Assembly (NCBI GenBank): GCA_009602725.1
Contig: WELB01000011.1
Span: forward strand, 349,691 to 408,604
DNA length: 58,914 nucleotides
From: Spirogloea muscicola
Lineage: Eukaryota
Reading direction: 5' to 3'
Positions 35,791 through 47,561 of the stretch are shown here, piece by piece. The notes beneath the pieces were generated by a model. The model saw only the letters and a list, made by a program, of their open reading frames with translations, had not been told where the DNA came from and ran no database searches. The translations under genes were made by a program, and so were the position numbers. Numbering within the stretch: position 1 is the first letter of the stretch; every line of letters starts with the position of its first letter.

Positions 35791-36092
35791 GGTCTCCGGG
35801 TTGCCAGTCACCTGTCTAAGCAAGAGAAGTGGCGTGTGTTTTAAGCACTGTCTAAGCCGGAGGCTGCCGCCAAAGCGAGAACGGCTCTGAGAGAAGAAGG
35901 GAGCTGACTGAAACCCAACCTAAACCCCACCATGAGAAGAACAGCGCTTGCGATGTGAGGAAATGGCTGTGAGAAAGAGGCTGTGAGAAAGTAAGGAAAC
36001 GGCTGTGAGAGGAGGCGAGGGCTGTGAGAAGTGGAGAGAGAAAAGACTCTTCCAGCAAAGGGCGGCCAGCCTCCAAGGGAATCCGCTGCCAA

Positions 36093-36143
36093 GTTTAGGG
36101 TTTAGGGTTTAGGGTTTGTATCAGGGTTTAGGTCTTAGGGTTT
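36093..36143 (+). repeat. Interstitial plant-type telomeric repeat (TTTAGGG)3 plus degenerate copies
   Basis: gtttagggtttagggtttagggtttgtatcagggtttaggtcttagggtttt. Confidence 0.85.
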
Positions 36144-36333
36144 TGGCAGTCGGGGACATGCTGCGAGACTCGACATGCTGCGGGACCCGCGGCGCAGAAC
36201 GCGCCGTGTTCTCGGGGGAGCCGCCGCCGCCACGAGAAGCCGGCCACGCCGCTCGGGAGCCGCCGGGGACGGTCTCCCGGCGACGGCGACGAAGCCGGCA
36301 GCAGCGCCGCCGCCGCCGCCGCCGCCAAGGCGG

Positions 36334-39300
36334 TCATGACGGCGCGGGCGTCGCGGCGGGCGGCTCCGTGGCCTTGGCGACGGCGTCGCTGGCCGCGGCC
36401 AGGCGCGCCAGCGTGCCCTCGATCGTCGCCAGCAGCGCCTCGATCTGGAACGGCTTGATGGCGTACCCGTCCATGCCCGCCTGCACGCCAGAGCCAGCCA
36501 TGCATTGAGCTCCACAGCCCCCATGCAGAGTCTGATCAGCGGCGGAGATCGGCCCCCGACGGCCGTCGCCACTGGCGCTGCCGCTGGACAGGTGCCCATT
36601 ACCTCGAGGCACTTATCGTGGTAGGCCTGCATGGCGTGCGCGGTAAGGCCGATGATGCACACGCGCCGGCCTCCAGCCGGCTGCACCGCCTCGCGCTCCC
36701 GGATGCGCGCCGTCGCCTGCAGGCCGTCCAGCACTGGCATCTGCATAATCGCCGCCATTACCAGAAGCAAAAGGGTCGTCAGTCCTGGAGACGTCGCCGC
36801 CGCCATGGTCAATGGGAAGCCTTAGACGCTGGTCTCGGAGGTGTCCATGCCAGCCCACCTGTATGTCCATGAGGATGACGTCGAAGTGCCGGTGACGCTC
36901 GAGGCCCCCGCCCAGCACGTCCAGCACCTGCTGCCCGTCGCCCACCACCGCCACCTCGTGCCCGCACTTCTGCAGCTGCCTGGCGCCGTTAAGCGTGCGC
37001 CGCACCCCGAGCAGCACTGTCAGCGGCAGCTGACGACGTCCGGCGGCAGCTGACAGCCAGCCAGGTGCCGCGTGAAGGCAGCACATACCTGCAGGCCACC
37101 CGCTGGTTCACGACATTGTCATCGGCGACCAGGATGGACAGCCTCCTGCCTGATGCTGCCGGCGGCAGCTCTTTGGTGTTGCTGGCAATGGCCAGCGGCA
37201 CATTCGGCCTGCCACTGGTCCTGTGCAAGGCGAGGCCCGGCGGCTTCGGGTGATAGGAGACGGCAGCATCAGCGCCGGTGGGCGGCCGCAACGCGCTGGG
37301 GCTCACGCCTTGGCATGCAGAGCAGGCTGCGCCCAGGTCTTGGGAGCCATGACCGGCCTCGGCGTCCTGGCAGCAACCCACTAATGGTCGGCCGCCACCA
37401 GCGCAGCCAGTGCTGCAGTCCTTGGAGCGTGGTGTAGACGAAGTCGAGGTGTTGGACGCTGTGCGCATCAGCGGCGATAAGAAGGACACATCCAGCGGCA
37501 TCGACATGGAGAGGGGCTGTCGCTTCGCATTCTCGTCAGCTGACGCGCGCCGGAGGCGTGCTGTGAAGTAGAAAGTGCTGCCCTTGCCAATGTCGCTCTG
37601 CACCCAAATGCGGCCGCCCATCATGCTCACCAGCCTGCATTATCAGGAGCCACGACCACGACCACCACCATATCACGAACACGAATTTGACACCATGAAC
37701 AACCCTTACTGTTAGCTAGCTCATAGCAGGAAGGCTGCCCAAGAGGCACGACAGCATTCTGAGTCGATCAGCTCTCTGCGCTTGAACCAGTTGCAGAACA
37801 GATTCGGCAGCCTCCCAGAATGTGGCTGGTAAGATCTGCTGCATACCTGGAGGTGATGGTGAGGCCGAGGCCGGTGCCGCCATAGAGCCGCGAAGTAGAT
37901 GAGTCCGCCTGTGTGAACGCTGTAAAGATGCGCTCCATCTGCTCCTGCGGGATGCCGATGCCAGTGTCTGCCACAGAGAACCTGATATGCATCTCCTGGC
38001 CATCATCCTGCCCGACATCAATGGCAGCGCTAGTTGTGCCGTCAGCTTCCTCGCAGCCTTCGCTGTTGCCGACCACATCAATAGCCACGTGCCCTGGCGA
38101 TGCCGGAAGCTTCTTGCTCAGGCTGAAGGGGGGCTGGCCAAAGATGTCGCGCGGCGTGGCGGGCGGTACAGGATGGACATTGGGCTGTAGCTTGTTGGCT
38201 GCACGGGCCATGGGCCTGCCACTGCTGGCAGAGCTCTCAGTTTGCCTCGTACCCATGACTGCTGACTCCGACATCCGCCTCGCTCGTCGGCCCATGTCTG
38301 TGGAGGCCGTCGCCGAGTTGGCACGCAGCCAGCCGGGCAGGTCCAGCGACGGCCTCAGCGCACCACGCCAGAAGCTCATGGCCTCCGTCGACGGCGACTC
38401 CTCACCGCCGCTGTGCTCGCTGCCGTCCCTGTCCATCTGCATCGCTCGCGCCCTGACAGACTTGGCGTCCACAGGAAAGCCCCTTCGGCAAGTGTTGAGG
38501 AGCACCTGTTATAGCATCCGAAAGTACTGCTGAGCGCATTGGATGGGGATTCTGCTGAAGCGTTTTCTGCTGTATTCCTGGTTGTTAGTCTGACTACCAC
38601 GTAGGCCATGAGCTCACCAGAAAGTCGGCACTGCTCCGCGACGAGCTGCGGCGGTGCCTGCCACCGGGGCGTTGCCGTTGCACCAAGCCGTGACTTGCAT
38701 TGCTGGCTTCGGTCACTCCGGCCTCGTCCCCTAGCTCAACAGATAGCGTGATCTCTCCCTTGGCCGTGAACTTGATGGCATTGCTAATGAGGTTGAGCAG
38801 GCACTGGCGCAGGCGGTTGGGATCGCCTATGAGCGTCGGGCCATCACCACTGCCGCTGGCTGCAATCAGGCTGGCGCTTAGTGACCACTTGATGGCCAGG
38901 CCCTTCTGCGCCGCCCGCGCCTGCAGCGCTTTGGTTGTCGTGCCCAGCATCTCCGTGAGGCTGCCGATCAAGGTGCATGCAAGGACCGTCAGATCACAGT
39001 CAATCACCAGCAAATGTGGGCTCAGCGACGAAGGACCTGGAGAGGCTCGAGCTCCATTGCATCTGCAGACTGCGCAAGTGTATACCAGTCATCCACCTGA
39101 ATGGGACGCACTCGAACTGTAGCTTCCCAGCCTCAATCTTGCTCACGTCCAGGATGTCATCCACAATGCTGCAGAGGCATGTAGCTGAGTGGCGCACGGT
39201 TTCTAGATACTCCCGCTGCTCCTTGCTCAGCACTGTGTCCAGCGCCAGTGCTGCCGAGCCCAGTATGCCATGTATGGGCGTCCTGCATGCCAGCAAATCC

Positions 39301-41763
39301 TGCCGGTTAGCAAGATCATCTAAGCCAAGGAGCTGCTACATATGTGTCCAAGATAATGCATGTCATGTGAAGTGTGATACTCCACTATCGAGCCATAGGA
39401 GATGACTACACGACCCAGGCAGCCAACGGAAATGTCGGGACCTGATTTCATGGCTCATGTTTGCTAGGAACTCGGACTTGGCCTTGTTGGCGGCCTCAGC
39501 CTCCTTTTTGCTGTGCTGCAAATGAAGTGTGGCCTTCCACAGCTCCTCTGTCAGTGCGTCCTTTTCCCGAATGGCACCACTGATTAAGATTACCATGCCG
39601 CTGATGATCAAGCAGAATAGCTGCAAAACCACATCGAACTTCCATGTAAGAGAAGATGTCAGGATTGATGGCGCGACAGCTTGGCAGCAAAGCAATCAGT
39701 TGGCCGAAGTCGCATTTGGACGGACCTGTACTTGCAGACTCCGCTCATAGATGCCCATGTACGCGAAGGTCCCATTGGGCAGTTTGGCGGAGCCGAAGAC
39801 AGCAATGACGCTCATGAGCACGCTGGCGGACGTAGAGATCCGCTGGTCGAAGCGGAACGAGATCCAGATGAGGACAGGGAGGATGAGGTATGGCCGGCGC
39901 TCCGTGGCTGGGACTGCCCCGCCGACAAGGCCGCCAAACATGAAGAAGGTGAGAATGAAAAGGAGCGCGAGCACTGCAGCTGCCTCCAAGGCCTTCCACC
40001 ACCACCCTGCGTCATGTAGAAGCCGGAGCTGGTCAAAGTTTAGGTCCCACCTGAGCTTGCTCTTTATCCTGTCTAGGCTGCAAGAGCATAAGCACCTAGA
40101 ACGCAGTGACTTGATGCTCAAACACTGGCGATGGAGAGCATGTGGGGCCTTCCCAGCAGGGCACCTGGGCAGGGCCTCCAGTTCTTGGAGTTAGGTGAGA
40201 TGCACCAGAATAGGATGCAGGGCGTGAGCACGAAGATGCCAGCCAGCTCGCCCCACCACCATGTTAGCAGCGACTGAGACACACAAATGTCGTACACGCA
40301 TGTATTACCTTACTGTCTGTCTACTGGTATGCACAGAGATATGCCTTGGAATGCATTCATTGGCGTCCTGGGCTCCAGATGGATGTCGATATGCACGCCC
40401 TCGTCAAATGGTTGGCAGTCATGCCGGACACCCTCTCAAAGCTGAGTGTTTTAACTCGCCTTCACTGACTATACCAAAAGGACGAAAAGAAGATGGCCAG
40501 AACATGGCTAACAAGGCTGGTAACATTGGATTGGTTTGTGAATGCCTCAGTGAGAGCCAAGGTTGCGGCAGTGATGGTCATCACCTTGAGCCAGGTGTGC
40601 ACGGTGATGGGCGTCAGTACTGCCTCCACGACTGTAACAGAAATCGCAGCCCCAACAATGGTTGCAACGGCAGATATTACAAAGAACCGGAACGCCCACG
40701 TAACGCTGGCAATAATGGAAGAGATGTGCTTGCTTGTTCAGCAATGCCGTGCTTGCTCAGCATCTCTTGCAATCCACAGAGAAGAGGCATGGGCCCGCAC
40801 CAGAGGCAGCAACAAATTGTAGCAATACCTGCGAAAAGGTGGCCCCTTGTTCCAGCGCCGCAGTAGTGCCAATGCCAAAGTGGCCTGCAATGGTGACGAA
40901 GTAATTGCGACGTCCACATCAGAGTGATAGTCAGCAATGACACCTGCATGCTCTGAGTACGACATTGTCAGAGTGAGAGTCTCTAACAAGCTCGGCCAGC
41001 GCAGCAATTGACCTCGATTGCGCCGCCCAGGGTGACCGCCAGGCAGCTGGCGATGGTGTCGCCCAGCGCTGAGTGCAGTGGAGGGGTGTGCGTCCACCAG
41101 ATGGTGATTGTCATGTTGCCCACTAGGACGCCAGGTAGCAGCCCATAGCCTGCTCTTGGTTCAGCGCAGCGCACTGTGATCAGCCGGCTTTCCACACCTA
41201 TCTATCAATTTTCCATCTCATCAGCAAGTTCTGGACCACATTGGCCATGGCGGCAACAGGAGGAAGTGCTGGGCCAGGCACATACCAAGGAGCATGAAGG
41301 CGGCCAGGGTGAAGCCGGAGGGCGCCCACAGCGGCACCGGCTGGTCCCCAGGCTGCGCCAAGACCGCAAGGCGGCCTGCACTTCCGGAAAGCAATAGCTT
41401 AGGGACTGAGCTTGTGGGACCTGCTGCAGAGTCAGCACTGACCGCAAAGGCAGTACTTGTGCTGTGGCACTGCCATTGGACTTGAGGGCACAGCTTTCTT
41501 TAAGCACGGGCCGATGCGCTCGGTCGCAGGAGCGCCGGGCTTCCGACTGGTCGAAAGGACTCACCGGTGAGCACAATGACGATGGCGAGCGCCACGTTGA
41601 GGCCGCCAAAACGCACCCAGCTTGGCGCAGCCCACGAGGAGTCGTCCACCACCCAGCCCTGGCGCGCCCAGCAGCTCCGACGGGGCAACAGCGCCTCCCC
41701 GTCCACGTTCGGCCCGCGATCGACACCGTCGGGGCCCCTTCTGGCCTCCTTGCCACCCTCCAT
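36334..41763 (-). CDS. Hybrid sensor histidine kinase: MASE1-like multi-TM input, HisKA, HATPase_c, receiver
   Basis: N-terminal hydrophobic exons with PLWAPSGF and [13 protein letters not shown] (MASE1-like); [27 protein letters not shown] (H box); [21 protein letters not shown] (N); [29 protein letters not shown] (G1/F/G2); [43 protein letters not shown] (REC). Confidence 0.9.
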
Positions 41764-42257
41764 GGCTGGTCCGCGCCCGTTAGAGCATGTGGCCTGCTGC
41801 TGCTATCTGAGAACGGGACTCGGCTCCCAGCCTGGGCGCCCCAGAGTCGGCCATGGCGGATCCGCAAAGAAGACGAGCTCGGCCGCATCCAAGGCTGAGG
41901 CTCTCAGGAGGGCGTCCGAGCACTGCTGCCGCCATTCCTCACGCCACCTGCTCTGCCTCCCGGCTCACCCACTTCGGCTGCACTCGAAGGCCTCAAGCGG
42001 CGTAGTCCGAGAGCGCCGTCGTCAGCCCCCACCCAAAAGCGGCACACGGCGTTCAGCGCCGTCGCGGCAGCAGTACTGGCAGTGTGCCGAGCGCGAGCCA
42101 GCACAATCCGGGGCCTGGCCTTCACCGGCCGGACACCCGCGATGCAACTACTGCAGCCTTCCTGCTCGATCTGGTCCCACAGGAAAGTATCCAAACAAAG
42201 CCCTCTCCCCCTTCTCCTCGCTAGCCCTCTTCCAACGCCCCCCTCGACACACACACA

Positions 42258-42768
<511 letters not shown>

Positions 42769-43001
42769 NNNNNNNNNNNNNNNNNNNNNNNNNNNNNNNN
42801 NNNNNNNNNNNNNNNNNNNNNNNNNNNNNNNNNNNNNNNNNNNNNNNNNNNNNNNNNNNNNNNNNNNNNNNNNNNNNNNNNNNNNNNNNNNNNNNNNNNN
42901 NNNNNNNNNNNNNNNNNNNNNNNNNNNNNNNNNNNNNNNNNNNNNNNNNNNNNNNNNNNNNNNNNNNNNNNNNNNNNNNNNNNNNNNNNNNNNNNNNNNN
43001 N

Positions 43002-43750
43002 GCCTCTGGCTCTGGCCAGGGGACCCACTTCCAGGAGCCCAGCATCTCTGATCTGCGGCTGCTTAGCAGGGGTTACTGAGTGTCTCGTAGCAGCTTTGTT
43101 TCTGTTACTTAGCGCTTCCCCTGGCCCCCTTCTCGTACTCTGTTCATTCTTTTTCGGGCTGGTTGTTCCAGCCCCTATTCTCAATGGGCGAGCACTTTCT
43201 TCTAAACACCACGGGGGCCCCCCAGCAAGCACCTGGCAGCCACAGAGAGCTGGCCGCTTGCGGCCTCTTGTGAGCGCAAGCAGGCCAGAGGTCTCCACGT
43301 GGTTCTGCAGGGGCCGTCCACAGCCGTGCCGTCGGGCGACGGTGAAGATCGCATCCCGCAGAGGCCAGGTGGGGGCGGGGCCGGGGAGGGGCCCCCTGGC
43401 CCCGGACTGGCCAGCCCGGGTCCCGACAGCCTGCTGAGCGCTGCTCCTGCGGACCCAGGGGCCGACGACGAGGTTGGCACTCACCGGGTGCCAAGCTCCA
43501 GGGATGAGGTTGAGACTGAGATTGCCATGTGACTATCCCACATCGTCCTTGCTTAGATGAGAAGTGCTCGCCCACTGAGAATAGGGGCTGGAAAAGCCAG
43601 CCCAAAAAAGAATCAACAAAGGACGAGAAGGGGGCCAGGTGAAGCGCTAAGAATAACAAGCACACAGAAACAAAGCAGCTACGGATCACTCAGTAACCCC
43701 TGCTAAGCAGCCTCAGGTCAGATACGCTAGGCTCCTGGAAGTGGGTCCCC
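43002..43750. mobile_element. Tail-to-tail subfamily D pair (+ 43002-43200; - 43560-43750)
   Basis: Both arms contain ggggacccacttccaggagcc..ctgcttagcaggggttactgagtg..gggctgg..ccagcccctattctca.tgggcgagcactt. Confidence 0.85.
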
Positions 43751-43849
43751 AGACAGATATGCCTTTCAGCTCTTTTCGGCTTCTTCGGACCTTGTCAATG
43801 CTCTTCAGGCATGCTTTTCACAGCCCTCGCCACCTTTGGGAGAAAGGTT

Positions 43850-44445
43850 ACGCCCATTACCACGGATCATGCCCATTACCACGGACGCTCAGGGACGCCA
43901 TCACCTTTCGCACCCTAGACATTTGTGAGTGTACAACCTGGCGGAGGTGCACGAGCCTTGGTCGATGTGGATGTGACGGAGGCGTACAGGAGTCCAGCAT
44001 CGACCCACATTGCTCGCCACGCAGTGGGAAGTGCAGAGCAGATAATGCTGCAGCACTACTCTGACTACCTCTGCAGCGGTCACCTCCTACCAGCTGCAAT
44101 TGATACCTTTGGCTGCATGGGTCCTCAAGTTCATACCTTACTTGAGAACACCGCAAGTCAAAGATATGCACGACGTGAGGTTATGCTACTAGCTCAGATG
44201 GGCATGCCGGCAGCCTGTTTGTCGATTTAGCAACGTCGTGTGTCAGCCTGTTTGCAGCGAGTTCAAGCTCATGCTTTGCACCGGAAAGCTGGTCGAGCCT
44301 TAGCTAGTTGCACAAGGGCTTGTCAACTGCCGTCCAGTATTCGAGCAGCAGTTAGCGACCTCTATGTGCTGACTCGTGGTTACTGAGCGGGTCAGCTTAG
44401 CAGCAGGTGATGTGCATCTGTCAATGTGCTTGTCTTTGTGATTGG
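43850..44445 (+). mobile_element. Subfamily B fragment covering the RLE domain
   Basis: FRTLDI..GGARALVDVDVTE..AEQIMLQHYSDY..LLPAAIDTFGCMG..RRVSACLQRVQAHALHRKAGRAL..VSDLYVLTRGY*, with a frameshift and an internal stop. Confidence 0.85.
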
Positions 44446-45479
44446 CCGCTCAGGCCCTCCGTCACTCAATGCACTCTCCATTGCCTTTGGGAGAGCCACT
44501 ATCTCAAGGAAGAGCAGCAGACAGATCCTGTCCATTCTCTTCTGACTTTACACTGCGTATTGAGCACCAGTGGCCACTCGAGTCGCCGTGTGCTTCAGCG
44601 CATTTCTGGCCCCTTCATAATCTGTTCATTCTTCTGAGCTGGCCATCCACAGCCATCGCCCTCTACTGCAAGCATCTTCATTCTTCCGGGCTCGACTTTC
44701 ATAGCCCTCGCCCCCCCTTGCATGAGCTTACTTGCCAGAAGCGGCCATCCTGGGTGTTTACCAGAAGAAAGTAAGCTCTTCTGGAGGTGATTCCTCGATG
44801 CCCTGCGCGCTACTCGTCTCTTCTGGGCCTTGACATCCTTTCGTGGGCTGACCCTTTCATGCACCCTCATGTCTGCTTGCTGCAGTGCTCAGTAGTGCCA
44901 GTATGTAAGCATGACGGTTTTCAAGGATGTAGCAATTTGTCTAACTCTACACAAGGGAAGGCCAAGAGCAAGCTCGCCTCGAAAGAGCGCACAAAATGTG
45001 ACCCTTTGAGCAGCTGCTGGTCAAGCGTGATCTGCGAGTACGCTCTTACAATGCCCCACATCGGTGGGTCAGATTGGCCCAGAGTTTGAAAAACGTGGGC
45101 ATGGAACAACGAGCTCGAGATGTTGCTTGTCAGATGCACCCAATTGGGCACGTCCTCGAGCGCCTGTGAGCAGATGGGCCTGCAATGCGTTGTACTCACA
45201 CGCTCGGCCGCTTGCACCGAGGCCAGACTAGGTAGGAGATATCCTGCGCACAAAGTTGTGTCTTCATTTCTCGTGAACGGTAATCTGGCTCAGCTTTGCC
45301 TCCTTCCCCTGCATGCGCACCTCTCACCTCGTCTCCCTCGCTTCAGCTGCACAAGGAGGAGGACACAGTAGCTCTCTTGAGAGCCGTATAGCTCTCCTGA
45401 AAGCAGAACAATGGTTGCTGATCTCATAGAGCAAGTGGAAGAGTGTATCATCCTCTGGCACAAGAAATAGCTCTTCCAA

Positions 45480-46100
45480 AGGAAATGCGTGTGTATTAAG
45501 AGATGGAGGGCTATGTGTGGCCAAGTACAAAGGGGGCGAGGGCTGTGAAAGCTAGCCTAAAAGAATTGGACAAGGTGCGGAGGGGCCGGACAGCCGCTCA
45601 CACAACTAAGAAAGTACCACGAAGGATGGTCGCTTAGGAACCCCTAACAAGGCAACCGCAAGTCAGAAAGACCAGCCGCCGGAACGCAGTCACCGTTACA
45701 ATAGCCAGAGACGGCAACTAAAGAAAAGCGCGGCCAGATTGACTGGTGGCTGTGAGAGGCCAGCCCAAATGAATGGGCAACTAGAAGTGAGCTTCTTGTT
45801 CCGAAGGAAAACGTGTGTATTAAGAGATGGGGAGGCCATGTGTGGCCAAGTACAAAGGCAAGCACATTGACAAATGTACGTCACCTGTTGCTAAGCTGAC
45901 CCGCTCAGTAACCACGAGTCAGCACATAGAGGTCGCTAACTGATGCTCGAATACCGGACGGCAATCGTCAAGCTCTTGGACTACCAGCCAAGGTTCGACC
46001 AGCTTTCTGATGCAACGCATGAGCCTGAGCTCGCTGCAGACAAGCTGACACTCGACGTCGCAAAATGACAGAGGCTGCCGGCATACCCATCTGGGCTGGA
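45480..46100 (-). mobile_element. Minus-strand fragments including subfamily B (45811-46095)
   Basis: Reverse complement of 44195-44440 / 3455-3612; additional UTR pieces at 45484-45580 and 45725-45775. Confidence 0.8.
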
Positions 46101-46169
46101 AGCATGAAGGGGGCGGGGGTTGTGGTTCATCATACACCACTTCTGAGATAGCACTTTCTAGTTTTTCTA

Positions 46170-46941
46170 GCTATTCCAGCAGCGCAAAACGCTCGTCGGA
46201 GGAGGCAGGCTACGCAGTCGGCCAAGCGGCGGGCGAAAAGGAACGGAAGTACTCGGACCACCCGGTGGGAGACGAATTTGTTCCACTGGCAATCGACGTG
46301 CAAGGAGCCTTTGGCTCGAAATGGCTTGACTTGCTCTACCGCCTGGCGCGGCGTGCAGCGGCCCGCCGCCTCGGGCAGCAGGGCGAGCAGCCCGGCTTCA
46401 ACGTCGCCGGGTTCCTCGCACAAGTCTTCCGCATGCGTTTGGCCGTCTCGATGCATCGGTCCCTTGCCTTCGCGGTTCACTTGCGCGCAGGCCGAGCTTT
46501 GGCGGCGGCCTCCGGCTTCCGTCAGGGCGACGTCTTTCCGCCAGCTAGCTACTCAGACTTGCATCTCCTGACTAGAGGTTACTGAGCGTTCCCTGGCTGA
46601 TGTCTTAGTCCTAGTCGTTCGCACTCAGGCTCCCTCAGACCTTGTCCATTCCTTTGGGCTGGCCTTTCCCAGCCACCAGTCAATCTGGCCGCGCTTCATT
46701 TTCGTGGCACTCCCAATGGGGGCAAGGGCTGTGAAACGCCAGCCCGAAAAGAATTGACAAAGGTTCGAAGGGGCCAAAAAAGAAGAAAGCGCGGCCAGAT
46801 TGACGGGTGGGTAGGAAAGGCCAGCCCAAAGGAATGGACAAGGTCTGATGGAGCCGGAGTGCGAAGGACTAGGACTAAGACATCAGCCAGGGAACGCTCA
46901 GTAACCTCTAGTCAGGAGATGCAAGTCTGAGTAGCTAGCCG
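46170..46941. mobile_element. Tail-to-tail subfamily F pair (+ 46170-46696; - 46786-46941)
   Basis: The + copy encodes AGYAVGQAAGEKERKYSDHPVGDEFVPLAIDVQGAFG..RMRLAVSMHRS..PASYSDLHLLTRGY*. The - copy is the reverse complement of 46541-46696, with about 7 mismatches counted by eye. Confidence 0.9.
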
Positions 46942-47059
46942 GGAAAAACGAGAGAAGGCGCGCGGTGCGCATGAAATTGAAGCTAGGCCAATAGGAAGAA
47001 CGCGTAGCGAAGCCCCGAAACAAAGAACAAGGTCCAGAGGTCCAGAAGGTGGAGCTTAC

Positions 47060-47293
47060 TTCAGCTACCGTATGCGACTGTCTATGTCCCTGCAGCGCTC
47101 CCAAGCGCTTGCTTTGCACCGCCGCGCTGGTCGCGCCCTTGCAGCAGCCTCTGGCTTGCGCAGCGGGGTTGCTCTTCCTCCCCTCAGCTCATCTGACTTC
47201 CTACTGCTGACACGGGGGTATTGAGGGCGCCCTGTCTGCCTAGCCTTTGGCTCCGTCATGAACACCTGTATGCATCTGGCTGGCATTTCACAG
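47060..47293 (+). mobile_element. Subfamily G 3' fragment
   Basis: YRMRLSMSLQRSQALALHRRAGRALAAASGLRSGVALPPLSSSDFLLLTRGY*, then UTR ..ctccgtcatgaacacctgtatgcatctggctggcatttcacagcc. Confidence 0.85.
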
Positions 47294-47561
47294 CCGATTC
47301 TTTCATATCAGCAGCCGCTTTCTTTCTTCAGGGAAGGTCAAGGCAAGCCTCCTACTCCCCCCGCACACTTGCACCTCCCGCCCCCTCCCTCCCCCGCCCG
47401 CGCTGCGCCCGCGGACCGCCAGCTCGCGCGCCGGCGAGGGTCCGGGACAAGGCCGAGCGGGCAGTGGCCCGGGACTGGAAGAGGCGGCTTGAGACGGGCG
47501 CAACCCACGTCCTCCACGGGCCTGCGCAAGCCGCTGCCAACCGCCGGCGCCCAGCGCCACC

